From: Candidatus Woesearchaeota archaeon
GTDB lineage: Archaea; Nanobdellota; Nanobdellia; Woesearchaeales; ARS49
DNA length: 56,547 bases
Direction of reading: 5' to 3'
NCBI GenBank assembly: GCA_016203445.1
Contig: JACQMS010000030.1
Coordinates: 1-56,547 of the forward strand
A program made the translations under genes and the position numbers. The notes under the pieces are model-generated. The model made no database searches. It worked only from the letters and a program-made list of their open reading frames with translations, and was not told where the DNA came from. How positions within the stretch are numbered: position 1 is the stretch's first letter; every line of letters begins with the position of its first letter. This document shows positions 18,548-27,297 of this stretch, piece after piece.

Positions 18548-19225
18548 ATGGCAGATGCATTAACAGCAATAAATTCAGGACTTTTAGTGCCGCTACTTGA
18601 TATTTGGAATGGGGCGCTAAAATCTATTCCTGGACTTGTGGCAGCGCTTTTGGTTTTGATTGTCGGGTACATTGTCGCATGGGCTATAAGCTATGTTTTA
18701 GAACACATTCTTGAGAGAATAAAGCTAGATCAGTGGGTAGTTCACCAAACTCATATGAAAAAGCTTGCTGGTGGTTTTAGACTTTCTCACTTGATTTCTG
18801 TTCTAGTGAAATGGTTTTCTTTCATAGTGTTCTTGTCGCCAGCAGCGTCACTACTTGGTCCTGGGTTGAGTCCTTTGGCCGAATTCTTGCAGGTTATAGC
18901 TTTGTGGGTTCCTCAAGCTATTGGCGCTATACTTTTAGCGTTTTTCGGTTTTGTAGCTGCAGAGTACGTTGCGTGGAAAGTAATGGCTCTTGAGGGTAAG
19001 AGTAGCCACATAATTAGTGGTGCGTCAAAAAATCTTATACTAATATTAACACTGCTTGTAGTGTTGGGTCAGTTGGGCATTAATATAACTGTTGCTTCTG
19101 GAACTTTTTTGATTATAGTTGCAGGAATAATGCTTGGATTGGCTCTTGCTTTTGGTATAGGTTTTGGTCTTGCTCTAAAGGATGATGCTAAAGGCATGAT
19201 TAGAAATTTAAGGAAAAAGCTGTAA
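18548..19225 (+). CDS. MscS-related TM-helix repeat membrane protein (CmpX-like)
   Basis: Two repeats of the type IPGLVAALLVLIVGYIVA / VPQAIGAILLAFFGFVAA, ending LALAFGIGFG. Confidence 0.8.
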   Translation: MADALTAINSGLLVPLLDIWNGALKSIPGLVAALLVLIVGYIVAWAISYVLEHILERIKLDQWVVHQTHMKKLAGGFRLSHLISVLVKWFSFIVFLSPAASLLGPGLSPLAEFLQVIALWVPQAIGAILLAFFGFVAAEYVAWKVMALEGKSSHIISGASKNLILILTLLVVLGQLGINITVASGTFLIIVAGIMLGLALAFGIGFGLALKDDAKGMIRNLRKKL

Positions 19226-19282
19226 ACATTACAGCTTTTTTTTTGTTTTTTTTCTCACTCCTTATTTCAAAATGGGGTTTAA

Positions 19283-19311
19283 TACCCCGCAGCTCTGCTG
19301 TGAAGCGGGGA
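19283..19311. mobile_element. IS200/IS605-like end palindrome remnant
   Basis: TACCCCGC-AGCTCTGCTGTGAA-GCGGGGA resembles the CCCCGCAGC..GCTGCGGGG subterminal hairpins of this family. No transposase nearby. Confidence 0.4.
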
Positions 19312-19405
19312 AGCTGACGATAGGATATGTCAGTTCTCAGGCAATTTCTTTATTACTACTGTATAAAAACAAATATTCTTAAACAAACCCTGTTTATTCA
19401 GTTAC

Positions 19406-19894
19406 ATGGTAACACTTGATGATTTAATAACCCCGCGCGAATTTGTAGAATTAAGGATCAATCATTTAATTAACGACGAAAGAATAGAATATTTGGGTTC
19501 ACATGCTGTACTAACTGTTTTAGTGAACAATAAATTTAATGCTTCGCATGTCCCTGCTTTAATAGTAGGAGACGGTTGTAAGGATAAGCTTGATTGGATT
19601 GTTGAAAATTATGATGGTATTCTAAGGCCTATGGGGTTTAATGGTTCTCATGTAAGCCAGATTGTTATAGGTGCTGGTTGGAAGGATAAGCTTGATTGGA
19701 TTGTTGAAAATTATGATGGTATTCTAAGGCCTATGGGGTTTAAGCCAACTCATGTCGCAAGAATTGTTCATGGAAGAGATTGGAAAGACAAATTATGTTG
19801 GGTGGAAAAGTATAGCGGAGAATCATCTTATACTCCTTTACAAATTGTGATATTGATGCTAAAAAAGAATTGGAAGCAAATTGTAGGGTATTAA
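19406..19894 (+). CDS. 34-aa helical repeat protein, TAL-effector-like / mTERF-like
   Basis: 62 bp are identical at 19580..19641 and 19682..19743 (period 102 bp). Repeat GFNGSHVSQIVIGAGWKDKLDWIVENYDGILRPM. Confidence 0.75.
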   Translation: MVTLDDLITPREFVELRINHLINDERIEYLGSHAVLTVLVNNKFNASHVPALIVGDGCKDKLDWIVENYDGILRPMGFNGSHVSQIVIGAGWKDKLDWIVENYDGILRPMGFKPTHVARIVHGRDWKDKLCWVEKYSGESSYTPLQIVILMLKKNWKQIVGY

Positions 19895-20037
19895 AAAGCG
19901 GAAATTTTCCTCCAGTATTATGAGCGAGCATCAGCAAGTGATCACCAGCGGTTATTGACCAAAAATGCATCAAATTTGTCAAGACAAATATTAGTTAACT
20001 CTTCAATTTCTGCTCGTGTTTCTGTTGCTATTATTTT

Positions 20038-20913
20038 TCACTCTTTAGGAACTTCACAACCAGACAATATTGATAATTGTTGCAGTGTTAAGTATCCTAC
20101 CTTTTTGTTGGTTATCGTCCCATTTTTCTCAACAGTCCATGTTGGTGTGAATTCCACTGGTACTTTTCTGCATCTTACCATGTCAGGGTTAGGCCCTGAA
20201 GGGTTGCATTCAATGTAATTAATGTATTTGAATGCTGGGCCTAATAATTTTTTTTGTGCTAGGCATGCTGAGCAAGTGTAAGATCCATACTCTACCAGTC
20301 CTGCCTCTGTTAAACATTGTGTGAATGTGTTTGGAACTCTTGGACCTGTCGGCGCGGTAAAAAAAGTGTAGCTGATTATCAATACTACAATTATTATCGC
20401 CCATGACGCGCTTTTCAAGTATTGCCCAAAAAATTTTTGTTTCCAAGATTTTGTTTTTATCAATGCATAAATGCTAAAAACCAGTCCTGATAGTATTATC
20501 AAATGCAACAGCGTGCAAAGTATGCATATAGTTTTTAGAACGAATTCTGCATATATCAAGTATAACGAAAATATAAATCCGAAGCCTAGAGTTATTATTA
20601 AGTGTTGATAGTAATGAACGCTTTTGTAAGATTTTCTCGAATAATACAACACCAACGAAAAAAATATTATTCCCAACAAAGCAACTGGAGTTCCTAAAAA
20701 TTCTGAGTACTCACTGGAATTAACTTTTGAGCAGTTGAACACCGATCCTAAATCGCAAAAGCTTAATGTTTGAGGATCTGATATTAATGAGTAATGATTA
20801 TAAGTTAGATAAATTGATGTTATTATTCCTAGAATTGATAGGAAAAATAAAGTTTTTCCAACCCAATTAATAGGCTCGTTTCGTGTGTGATTTTCTTGAC
20901 TCTCGCTCATCAA
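20038..20913 (-). CDS. Vitamin K epoxide reductase (VKOR) fused to a thioredoxin-like domain
   Basis: CDLGSVFNCSKVNSSEYS, G.PVALLG, CILC, then YGSYTCSACLAQK and YIEC. Confidence 0.9.
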   Translation of the reverse strand: MMSESQENHTRNEPINWVGKTLFFLSILGIITSIYLTYNHYSLISDPQTLSFCDLGSVFNCSKVNSSEYSEFLGTPVALLGIIFFSLVLYYSRKSYKSVHYYQHLIITLGFGFIFSLYLIYAEFVLKTICILCTLLHLIILSGLVFSIYALIKTKSWKQKFFGQYLKSASWAIIIVVLIISYTFFTAPTGPRVPNTFTQCLTEAGLVEYGSYTCSACLAQKKLLGPAFKYINYIECNPSGPNPDMVRCRKVPVEFTPTWTVEKNGTITNKKVGYLTLQQLSILSGCEVPKE

Positions 20914-21007
20914 AATAACCCCTTTGTAAAGTTGGTTTATTGATGAATGATATATAAATCTTGCGAGGTATTTCGAGAATTTTTGCTAATTTTGTATGTT
21001 CTACGGG

Positions 21008-21496
21008 CTATGCTAGTGTTATTGAGGCGATTCTTTCGTGAGTGTGAAAACCATTGTTTGGAGTGCTCTTGAACAACGATACTGTATCAATTTCAAAACT
21101 TATTTTTTTCATTACTATCTTTTTAAGCATTTCAGAAAATTTTTCTTCATCAAACAGTTTTTTTACTCTTAGAAGTGTTATATGAGGGTGAAAATGTTCT
21201 GATTTTTGCATCGACATTGCTAGATCGTGAAACTCTCCTGTAATTCCCGCCCATACAACTTTTGATGGTTTTCCGAACGTTCCGATATTGTTGATTTGTG
21301 CAGAAATTTTTTTGTGTTTTATTCTTTCCAACTTTTTTTTAAGGATTTCTACGTTTCCATTAATCCAGAATCCTATTGTTATATGAAAATCGTTCGTGAA
21401 ATTGCATCTTGCAGGAATTGTTCGTAGAGACTCTTGAACTCGCAACAATTCTTCTTTGACTTCAACAGGAACTTCTAAGGCAATAAATGCTCGCAT
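21008..21496 (-). CDS. thpR: RNA 2',3'-cyclic phosphodiesterase (2H family)
   Basis: MRAFIAL, HITI and HITL motifs. Confidence 0.88.
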   Translation of the reverse strand: MRAFIALEVPVEVKEELLRVQESLRTIPARCNFTNDFHITIGFWINGNVEILKKKLERIKHKKISAQINNIGTFGKPSKVVWAGITGEFHDLAMSMQKSEHFHPHITLLRVKKLFDEEKFSEMLKKIVMKKISFEIDTVSLFKSTPNNGFHTHERIASITLA

Positions 21497-21615
21497 GAAT
21501 AAAAAAAGTATTTAGAAGTAGATAAATATTTCGCTGTTGCCGGAAAAATTAACAGAAAATGAACATACAAGACTTCTTTATAACCTCAACACGCATAGCA
21601 AAAGATACAGAACTC

Positions 21616-21855
21616 CTAACAAACAGCAAAAAACATTTCGAAAGACTGCAAAAATATGATTGAGGTTGGCGTGAATAATCCTCTTCTCGCAACGATTAAT
21701 CGTTCAAGTCCCCAAACTTGTTTTGTCTCAACTATTTTGAAGCCATCTTCTTTCAAATCTTTCACCGCTTCATCTTCATACCATACTTTTGAAGGGTGCA
21801 AGTCTTCGAGATAATGTTGACGCCACGCTTCTTTCTTCTCGTCACGCTTTTTCTC
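21616..21855 (-). pseudogene. Possible C-terminal gene remnant with no proper start
   Basis: Open frame EKKRDEKKEAWRQHYLEDLHPSKVWYEDEAVKDLKEDGFKIVETKQVWGLERLIVARR begins right after an in-frame TAG. It resembles the ends of class I methyltransferases. Confidence 0.3.
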
Positions 21856-23059
21856 CTACGAAAAGATTGTGTTTATCCTTGATAATTTTGATTTTTATAT
21901 TTTTTCCTCTTAATTCTTTAGTGTATGGGTGTATTACGCTTATGCATCTTTCTTTTGCGACGCATAGTGTTTCGTTGTATAATCTTCCTGAACTTATAAC
22001 TTTTGCTCTGACAACTTCTCCTTTTTTCATTGGTGATGGCAATTCTTTCGTTTTCGTGACTTGAAAGTCTTCTTTGCTTACGATAAGTTTTACGCCGTGT
22101 TTTTCCTCGAGTTTTTTTAGTAATGAGTAAAAGTCTTCCCATGGCATGCTTTTCGAGGGGTTTCTTCCGAATTTGTAGAACAAAAAGTTTTGTATTCCTA
22201 TAACCGGCATTTTTCCATTGGGGTTTTTTAATGTTTTTGCAAACTCAATTATTTTGTCCATTTCTTCCTCGTTGTATCCCGGGACTAGTACGGGAGCGAT
22301 AAGTAATTCCATATGCTTTGTTACTTCTTCGGCCATTTTTAGAACGTGCATTATCGGGTATGGGCATCCTGCAATAACTGAAGCTTTTTTCTCATCAATA
22401 GCGTTCAGTGAGAGATTTATTCTGGTGAGTCCTGCTTCTGCAAGCGCTTTTATGTTTTCAGAAGTTAGTAGTGTTCCGTTAGTGTTGACAGTTATCTCTC
22501 GGATGTTTGGTGTTTCTGCAATTCTTTTAACTAGTCTTACCATGTCAAAATACAGGAATGGTTCTCCTTGGCTGTTGATGTGGCAGTCTACAAATTCTGT
22601 ATTTTTGTATTTTGCAATCTTTTGGAATTCTTCTGCCAGATAATCTGCTTCGACTATAAAATCTGTTGGGCGTATATCTTCATTGACCGAGCAATAATTG
22701 CATTTTATGTTGCAGCTCGTTATAGCTCTTACTTCTATTATGCTAGTGTTTCTGTCTATTATTCCGAAAGCTATGCTTCCTAGAAGCGGTATTCCTGAAT
22801 TTTTGTGAACGTACACCGTTTCTTTGCCGTTCATCTTGTTTTTTAAATATGTAAAATGTTTTTGCAGTATCAATGAGAATTTTCTTTGGACAACTTTTTC
22901 TGGTGCTGAGAATATTATCTTGTTCTTTTCAGCTTTGTACTCTCCTATAGTTATTAATTCTTCTTTCAGTATTTTGAATCCGAACATTCTTTGGAATGTT
23001 ACGTCCACTCCTTCAGGTATTTCTCTGAATGTTAAAGTTTCGAATGTTATTTCTGCCAT
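21842..23059 (-). CDS. Radical SAM protein with C-terminal TRAM-like domain
   Basis: CNIKCNYC, GEPFLY, TNGTLL, NLSLNA. C-terminal OB/TRAM-like beta domain. Confidence 0.88.
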   Translation of the reverse strand: MAEITFETLTFREIPEGVDVTFQRMFGFKILKEELITIGEYKAEKNKIIFSAPEKVVQRKFSLILQKHFTYLKNKMNGKETVYVHKNSGIPLLGSIAFGIIDRNTSIIEVRAITSCNIKCNYCSVNEDIRPTDFIVEADYLAEEFQKIAKYKNTEFVDCHINSQGEPFLYFDMVRLVKRIAETPNIREITVNTNGTLLTSENIKALAEAGLTRINLSLNAIDEKKASVIAGCPYPIMHVLKMAEEVTKHMELLIAPVLVPGYNEEEMDKIIEFAKTLKNPNGKMPVIGIQNFLFYKFGRNPSKSMPWEDFYSLLKKLEEKHGVKLIVSKEDFQVTKTKELPSPMKKGEVVRAKVISSGRLYNETLCVAKERCISVIHPYTKELRGKNIKIKIIKDKHNLFVGEKA

Positions 23060-23094
23060 GAGATAGTATTTTGATGCCTGTTTTTAAATAACTA

Positions 23095-23940
23095 CTATTT
23101 TCCTGATAGGAAACTTTTCATTAATTCTGAAGTTCCTGTGTCTTTTGCTTGAATTGCAGTTACAGAGAAAGGTTTTTGTGTCGGTAATGCTTCTTGAGCG
23201 GGCCTTATTTGTTCCTGCTGAATATTCGGTTGTTCTGGTAATTGTGTTATTTGTTCTGTAGTTTTTTTCTTTCCTATTATTCCGTACTTTAATCCTGCTA
23301 AGAATGCTCCCGCTATTAGTGCAGCAGCTAATACATAACCTGCTGGTGATGAGTATGCCTGATTTAATCTTTCGACATACTCTTTTACATCTCTAACCAT
23401 TGCAAAAGTTTGCGCTGTCGTGTTTGAAATTCTTTCGATGTCTTGACTTCCAACGTGCGGGTTTCCTGAATCGTCGACGAGTCTGCCTACGTACTCTGCT
23501 GTTCTTATTGTCCGAGCATCTATCGATTCTATATCTTCATAAATTCCGTTGATGCTTGTTTCTTGATGAGTAACACTGTTTCTTATGCCTTCAATATTTG
23601 TTCCTATACTTCTTATTTCTTCTTCTAAACTTCTTGTCTGACTGTTATCATTAGTGTTACTTCCCGATGTATTGGCCGCGTTGCTTATTTCAACTGTTTG
23701 TTCTAATCGAGTATCATGGGTCGATGTTGTTTGTGTTACTTCTGGTCTATGAACATTTTCAATTGGTGTAAATTGTGCTATTTCTTGTGTTTCTCCTATT
23801 GGTTGATTATTTGTAAATTGTTCCCCAATTTTTCCCGGTCTTGTTCCAGTACATGCATTTGTCGCAATAATTGCTCCTATTGCATAGCCTAAGCGTGCCG
23901 TTCTTGTATCAAAAAAATAGTTGTCTTTATTCCCTACCAT
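23095..23940 (-). CDS. Membrane-anchored coiled-coil hypothetical protein
   Basis: N-terminal hydrophobic stretch, T/N-rich linker, coiled coil, TM segment GYVLAAALIAGAFLAGL, Q/P-rich tail. Confidence 0.7.
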   Translation of the reverse strand: MVGNKDNYFFDTRTARLGYAIGAIIATNACTGTRPGKIGEQFTNNQPIGETQEIAQFTPIENVHRPEVTQTTSTHDTRLEQTVEISNAANTSGSNTNDNSQTRSLEEEIRSIGTNIEGIRNSVTHQETSINGIYEDIESIDARTIRTAEYVGRLVDDSGNPHVGSQDIERISNTTAQTFAMVRDVKEYVERLNQAYSSPAGYVLAAALIAGAFLAGLKYGIIGKKKTTEQITQLPEQPNIQQEQIRPAQEALPTQKPFSVTAIQAKDTGTSELMKSFLSGK

Positions 23941-24036
23941 GGATGCAGCTATTTCATTAACATATTTAAACTTTTCTTCAGCAAACCGAAAGCTTTAAAT
24001 ATGACCACTTCAGAGTGGTATCGTTGAGGGGTTTTT

Positions 24037-24681
24037 ATGAGTTTAGATGGATTCAGACAAAAGCACGAGTATGCGGAAAGTAGAGGGAAGTTTACTGATT
24101 TTTCTTTAAGACAAGCATATGTTGGTGCTGAAGCAACTCTTCAGGAAGGCAGGGCTATAAGGTATGACAAATTAGCAGATCCTCAGACTCTAGGAACGTT
24201 TCAAGAAACACTCGGAAAATCACTTTTGGATAATGCTTCAAAAGCATTTCCTCAAGGCGTAATAAACTGGGGGCTGCTCAAAAATGCACAACCTCAAGAG
24301 ATAAATGAATCTATTGATGATATAACATTTGGTCTTTATGGAGTTAGTGTTGGAACTGCAACAGGTTTGGTAAAACATTTAGGAAAGGATGCAACTTTTG
24401 AAAATTATGTGGGAAATGCTGGAAAATCTGCGGATCAGGGCTTACATAGACATTCTCAAACCGCATTCGAGGAATTGACTGATCCTGCAACTTTGGCAGA
24501 TTTCGAATCGACAATAGTTGATTCTGATGCGTTGATTGCTATTAAACAAAAAGGCGGGTACCAGCCTCAAATACTTGGCATGCTAATATTAAGTTACGAT
24601 TCCATTAATGATGGCAAAGCTCCCGCAGATGTTAGAAAACTTACTAAATCTGATGTTATGAGAATTTTGTCTAAACAATAA
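24037..24681 (+). CDS. Hypothetical protein
   Basis: 214-aa ORF with GAGGGG upstream. Confidence 0.7.
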   Translation: MSLDGFRQKHEYAESRGKFTDFSLRQAYVGAEATLQEGRAIRYDKLADPQTLGTFQETLGKSLLDNASKAFPQGVINWGLLKNAQPQEINESIDDITFGLYGVSVGTATGLVKHLGKDATFENYVGNAGKSADQGLHRHSQTAFEELTDPATLADFESTIVDSDALIAIKQKGGYQPQILGMLILSYDSINDGKAPADVRKLTKSDVMRILSKQ

Positions 24682-24726
24682 ACTACACGCGCAATGTTTT
24701 TTTCTTTCTTTCTCTGTTTCTAGTTA

Positions 24727-24781
24727 TAGTAATTCACTTTAATTTTCGTATACTGAATGCACCGTGTAAAGTGAATTACTA
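24727..24781. terminator. Perfect 15-bp inverted repeat between convergent genes
   Basis: TAGTAATTCACTTTA (24727..24741) / TAAAGTGAATTACTA (24767..24781), 25-nt loop. Terminator role is inferred from position. Confidence 0.55.
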
Positions 24782-24869
24782 ATGAGCAAATCCTACCTCA
24801 CAGGGAACAAAGTTCCGATTATTAGAGTGATTTGCTATAATTCTTTGAGAATGAATGTTGTCGAAACAG

Positions 24870-25475
24870 TTAGTGCCCCGCTCCGCCGCCTCCCGAGCCA
24901 TTGAGGCAGTATTGGAGTAACCCGATTATTACTGACGTGAAGAAAACTATAATTCCCCATCTTAACGCCATTGTTTGAAAAAATGATTCTGGATACAGTG
25001 TTATAAGCAATGAGTCACTCGTGAAAATCCAAGATTTTTCTGTGAAGAATGGTTCGTGAACCGCGTTGAAAAAACTGGTGAACGATATTAGTGATGCAAT
25101 GAATATTATGAGTACAATTATTAATGATGTTACTGCTCCTAACCTGAGTGATTTCTTTACCAACTGCTTGTCTCGAAGTGATAATAATGCTAAAAACCAT
25201 AATGCTAGTAATGCGTATGTCGCAACGAAAATCTTCTTGAATAGTTTTCTAACATCTGAAATGTGCGAACTTTCTTCTTTGGAGAATGCTGTTGGCACGG
25301 ATTCAGAAAATCCTAGCAAGTATTTCAAAACATCTGAGTGAAATTCTGCTAATCGAGGCGTAATCAAAGTTTTTTGATAATTATCGTCCATCGCTACAAA
25401 TTTGAATGAGAACAGCAATATTAGCAGTGCTGTTAAAACCGCTCCTGTCCAAACTCCTGCTTTTTTCCAATCCAT
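24870..25475 (-). CDS. DUF1461 family integral membrane protein
   Basis: E.SHISDVR, FFNAVHEPFF..WIF..DSLLITLYPESFF. Confidence 0.85.
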   Translation of the reverse strand: MDWKKAGVWTGAVLTALLILLFSFKFVAMDDNYQKTLITPRLAEFHSDVLKYLLGFSESVPTAFSKEESSHISDVRKLFKKIFVATYALLALWFLALLSLRDKQLVKKSLRLGAVTSLIIVLIIFIASLISFTSFFNAVHEPFFTEKSWIFTSDSLLITLYPESFFQTMALRWGIIVFFTSVIIGLLQYCLNGSGGGGAGH

Positions 25476-25638
25476 GACTACTCGAGAACAATATTGTTGT
25501 CTTTATAAATATTTGTGGAAGAAAAAGTTAGTGTTTTGGATTTCTCTTAAGTCAAAGCCTAAATCTGTTAGTTATTGAGCCATTGATGCGTCATCGAGAA
25601 AACAAAACATTTTAAACTCTTGTTCACAAAGCTACAGT

Positions 25639-27294
25639 ATGATATTTGAAGCAGTGAATAAGTTGGTTCGTGAACAGTTGGGTTTGAAAGATTTTCAGTT
25701 GCAAACTCCTAAGGCTATAGAGCATGGTGATGTTTCCCTGCCTTGTTTTTCTTTTTCTAAAGAGTTCAAGAAGAGTCCTCATGTTATTGCTGAAGAATTC
25801 GCAAAAAATGTGACGCCTCGAGGACTCGTAAAAAGTGTTTCTGCGATAGCAGGATTTCTAAACTTTCACATTAATAAGCAGGAGCTCGCAAAACTTCTTT
25901 TGCCAGTAATTGATGATAAATATGGTAGAAATAATGCGGGGAAAAAGAGAATTGTAGTGGTAGAGTACTCATCGCCAAACATTGCTAAGCCTTTCGGAGT
26001 TGGCCATTTGCGTTCAACAGTTATTGGTGCATCTATTGCTAAGCTTTACGAGTTTCATGGCTGGAAAGTTATTAGAATGAATCATTTGGGTGATTGGGGC
26101 ACTCAGTTTGGAAAACTTATTGTTGCTTTTAAAAGGTGGGGTGTTGAGAAAAGGTTGAATGAGGAGCCAATAAAGCATCTTTTGGAAATATACGTTGCAT
26201 TTCATACAGAAGCCGAACAGCATCCAGAGATTGAGGAGGATGCCCGGCAGGCATTTGCAGAGTTGGAGAGGGGTAATAAAGAGTATAAAAAACTCTGGAA
26301 AAAATTCGTAAATTTATCAATTAAAGAATTCAAAAAAATATATGCTCAGTTAAACGTGAATTTTGATTATGAGTATGGCGAGAGTTTTTACTCTGATAAA
26401 ATGCAAGCAGTTATAGATCTGGCTGAGAGTAAGAGTGTCTCTGAGCGCAATGATGGCGCTCTAATAATTCCTCTGGAGGGCATGCCTCCCGTTCTTTTGT
26501 TGAAGAGCAATAGTTCAACAACTTATCATACCAGAGATATGGCTTCGGCGATTTATAGAATTGAAAAACTCAAATCTGAGAGACTTGTTTATGTTGTCGG
26601 GCAGGAGCAAATATTGCATTTTAATCAAGTGTTTGGAGCTTTGGGAAAATTAGGATATGATACTAGTGATATGCATCATATTCCTTTTGGATTGTTTCAT
26701 TTTAAGGATGGTAAAATGTCTACCAGGAAGGGCAACGTGATTTTTCTTGAAGAAATATTGGAGGAAGCTAAAGAAAGAGTTTTAGCTCTCATTAAGGAAA
26801 AAAATCCTTCGCTGAAAAATAAAGAAGATGTCGCGAAAAAAGTTGGTATCGGCTCAATAATTTTTGGCGATTTGCAGAATGATCGTATAAAAGAAATTGT
26901 TTTTGATTGGGATAGAATTATTGACTTGCAGGGTGATACTGGCCCTTATATTCATTATACTTATGCGAGGATAATGTCTATACTTAGAAAGTCTAAGAAT
27001 TCAAAAAAGAGAAACATGGATTATTCAAAATTATTGCATCCGGTTGAAGAAAAAATTATTTCCCTTTTGGAGCAGTACCCTTCCGTAATAGGTAGCGCGC
27101 TGGACGAGCATCACCCTCATATTGTTGCTCAATATCTTTTGAAGCTTTGCCGTTCTTTCAACGAGTTTTATCATGATTGTAAAGTTATGGGCTCCCCCGA
27201 GGAAGTTGAGCGTTTAATGCTTATCTGTTCTGTGGGTAAAGTTATAAAGAGTGGTTTAGATTTGTTAGGCATAGAAACTGTTGAGGAGATGTGA
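25639..27294 (+). CDS. argS: Arginyl-tRNA synthetase
   Basis: EYSSPNIAKP.GVGHLRS, NHLGDWGTQFG, KMSTRKG, GDTGPYIHYTYAR. Confidence 0.97.
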   Translation: MIFEAVNKLVREQLGLKDFQLQTPKAIEHGDVSLPCFSFSKEFKKSPHVIAEEFAKNVTPRGLVKSVSAIAGFLNFHINKQELAKLLLPVIDDKYGRNNAGKKRIVVVEYSSPNIAKPFGVGHLRSTVIGASIAKLYEFHGWKVIRMNHLGDWGTQFGKLIVAFKRWGVEKRLNEEPIKHLLEIYVAFHTEAEQHPEIEEDARQAFAELERGNKEYKKLWKKFVNLSIKEFKKIYAQLNVNFDYEYGESFYSDKMQAVIDLAESKSVSERNDGALIIPLEGMPPVLLLKSNSSTTYHTRDMASAIYRIEKLKSERLVYVVGQEQILHFNQVFGALGKLGYDTSDMHHIPFGLFHFKDGKMSTRKGNVIFLEEILEEAKERVLALIKEKNPSLKNKEDVAKKVGIGSIIFGDLQNDRIKEIVFDWDRIIDLQGDTGPYIHYTYARIMSILRKSKNSKKRNMDYSKLLHPVEEKIISLLEQYPSVIGSALDEHHPHIVAQYLLKLCRSFNEFYHDCKVMGSPEEVERLMLICSVGKVIKSGLDLLGIETVEEM

Positions 27295-27297
27295 TTC

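Noticed and set aside
21842-21860. Programmed frameshift joining the radical SAM gene to the downstream frame
   Set aside because: No canonical slippery heptamer or stimulatory structure is seen. A remnant is simpler.
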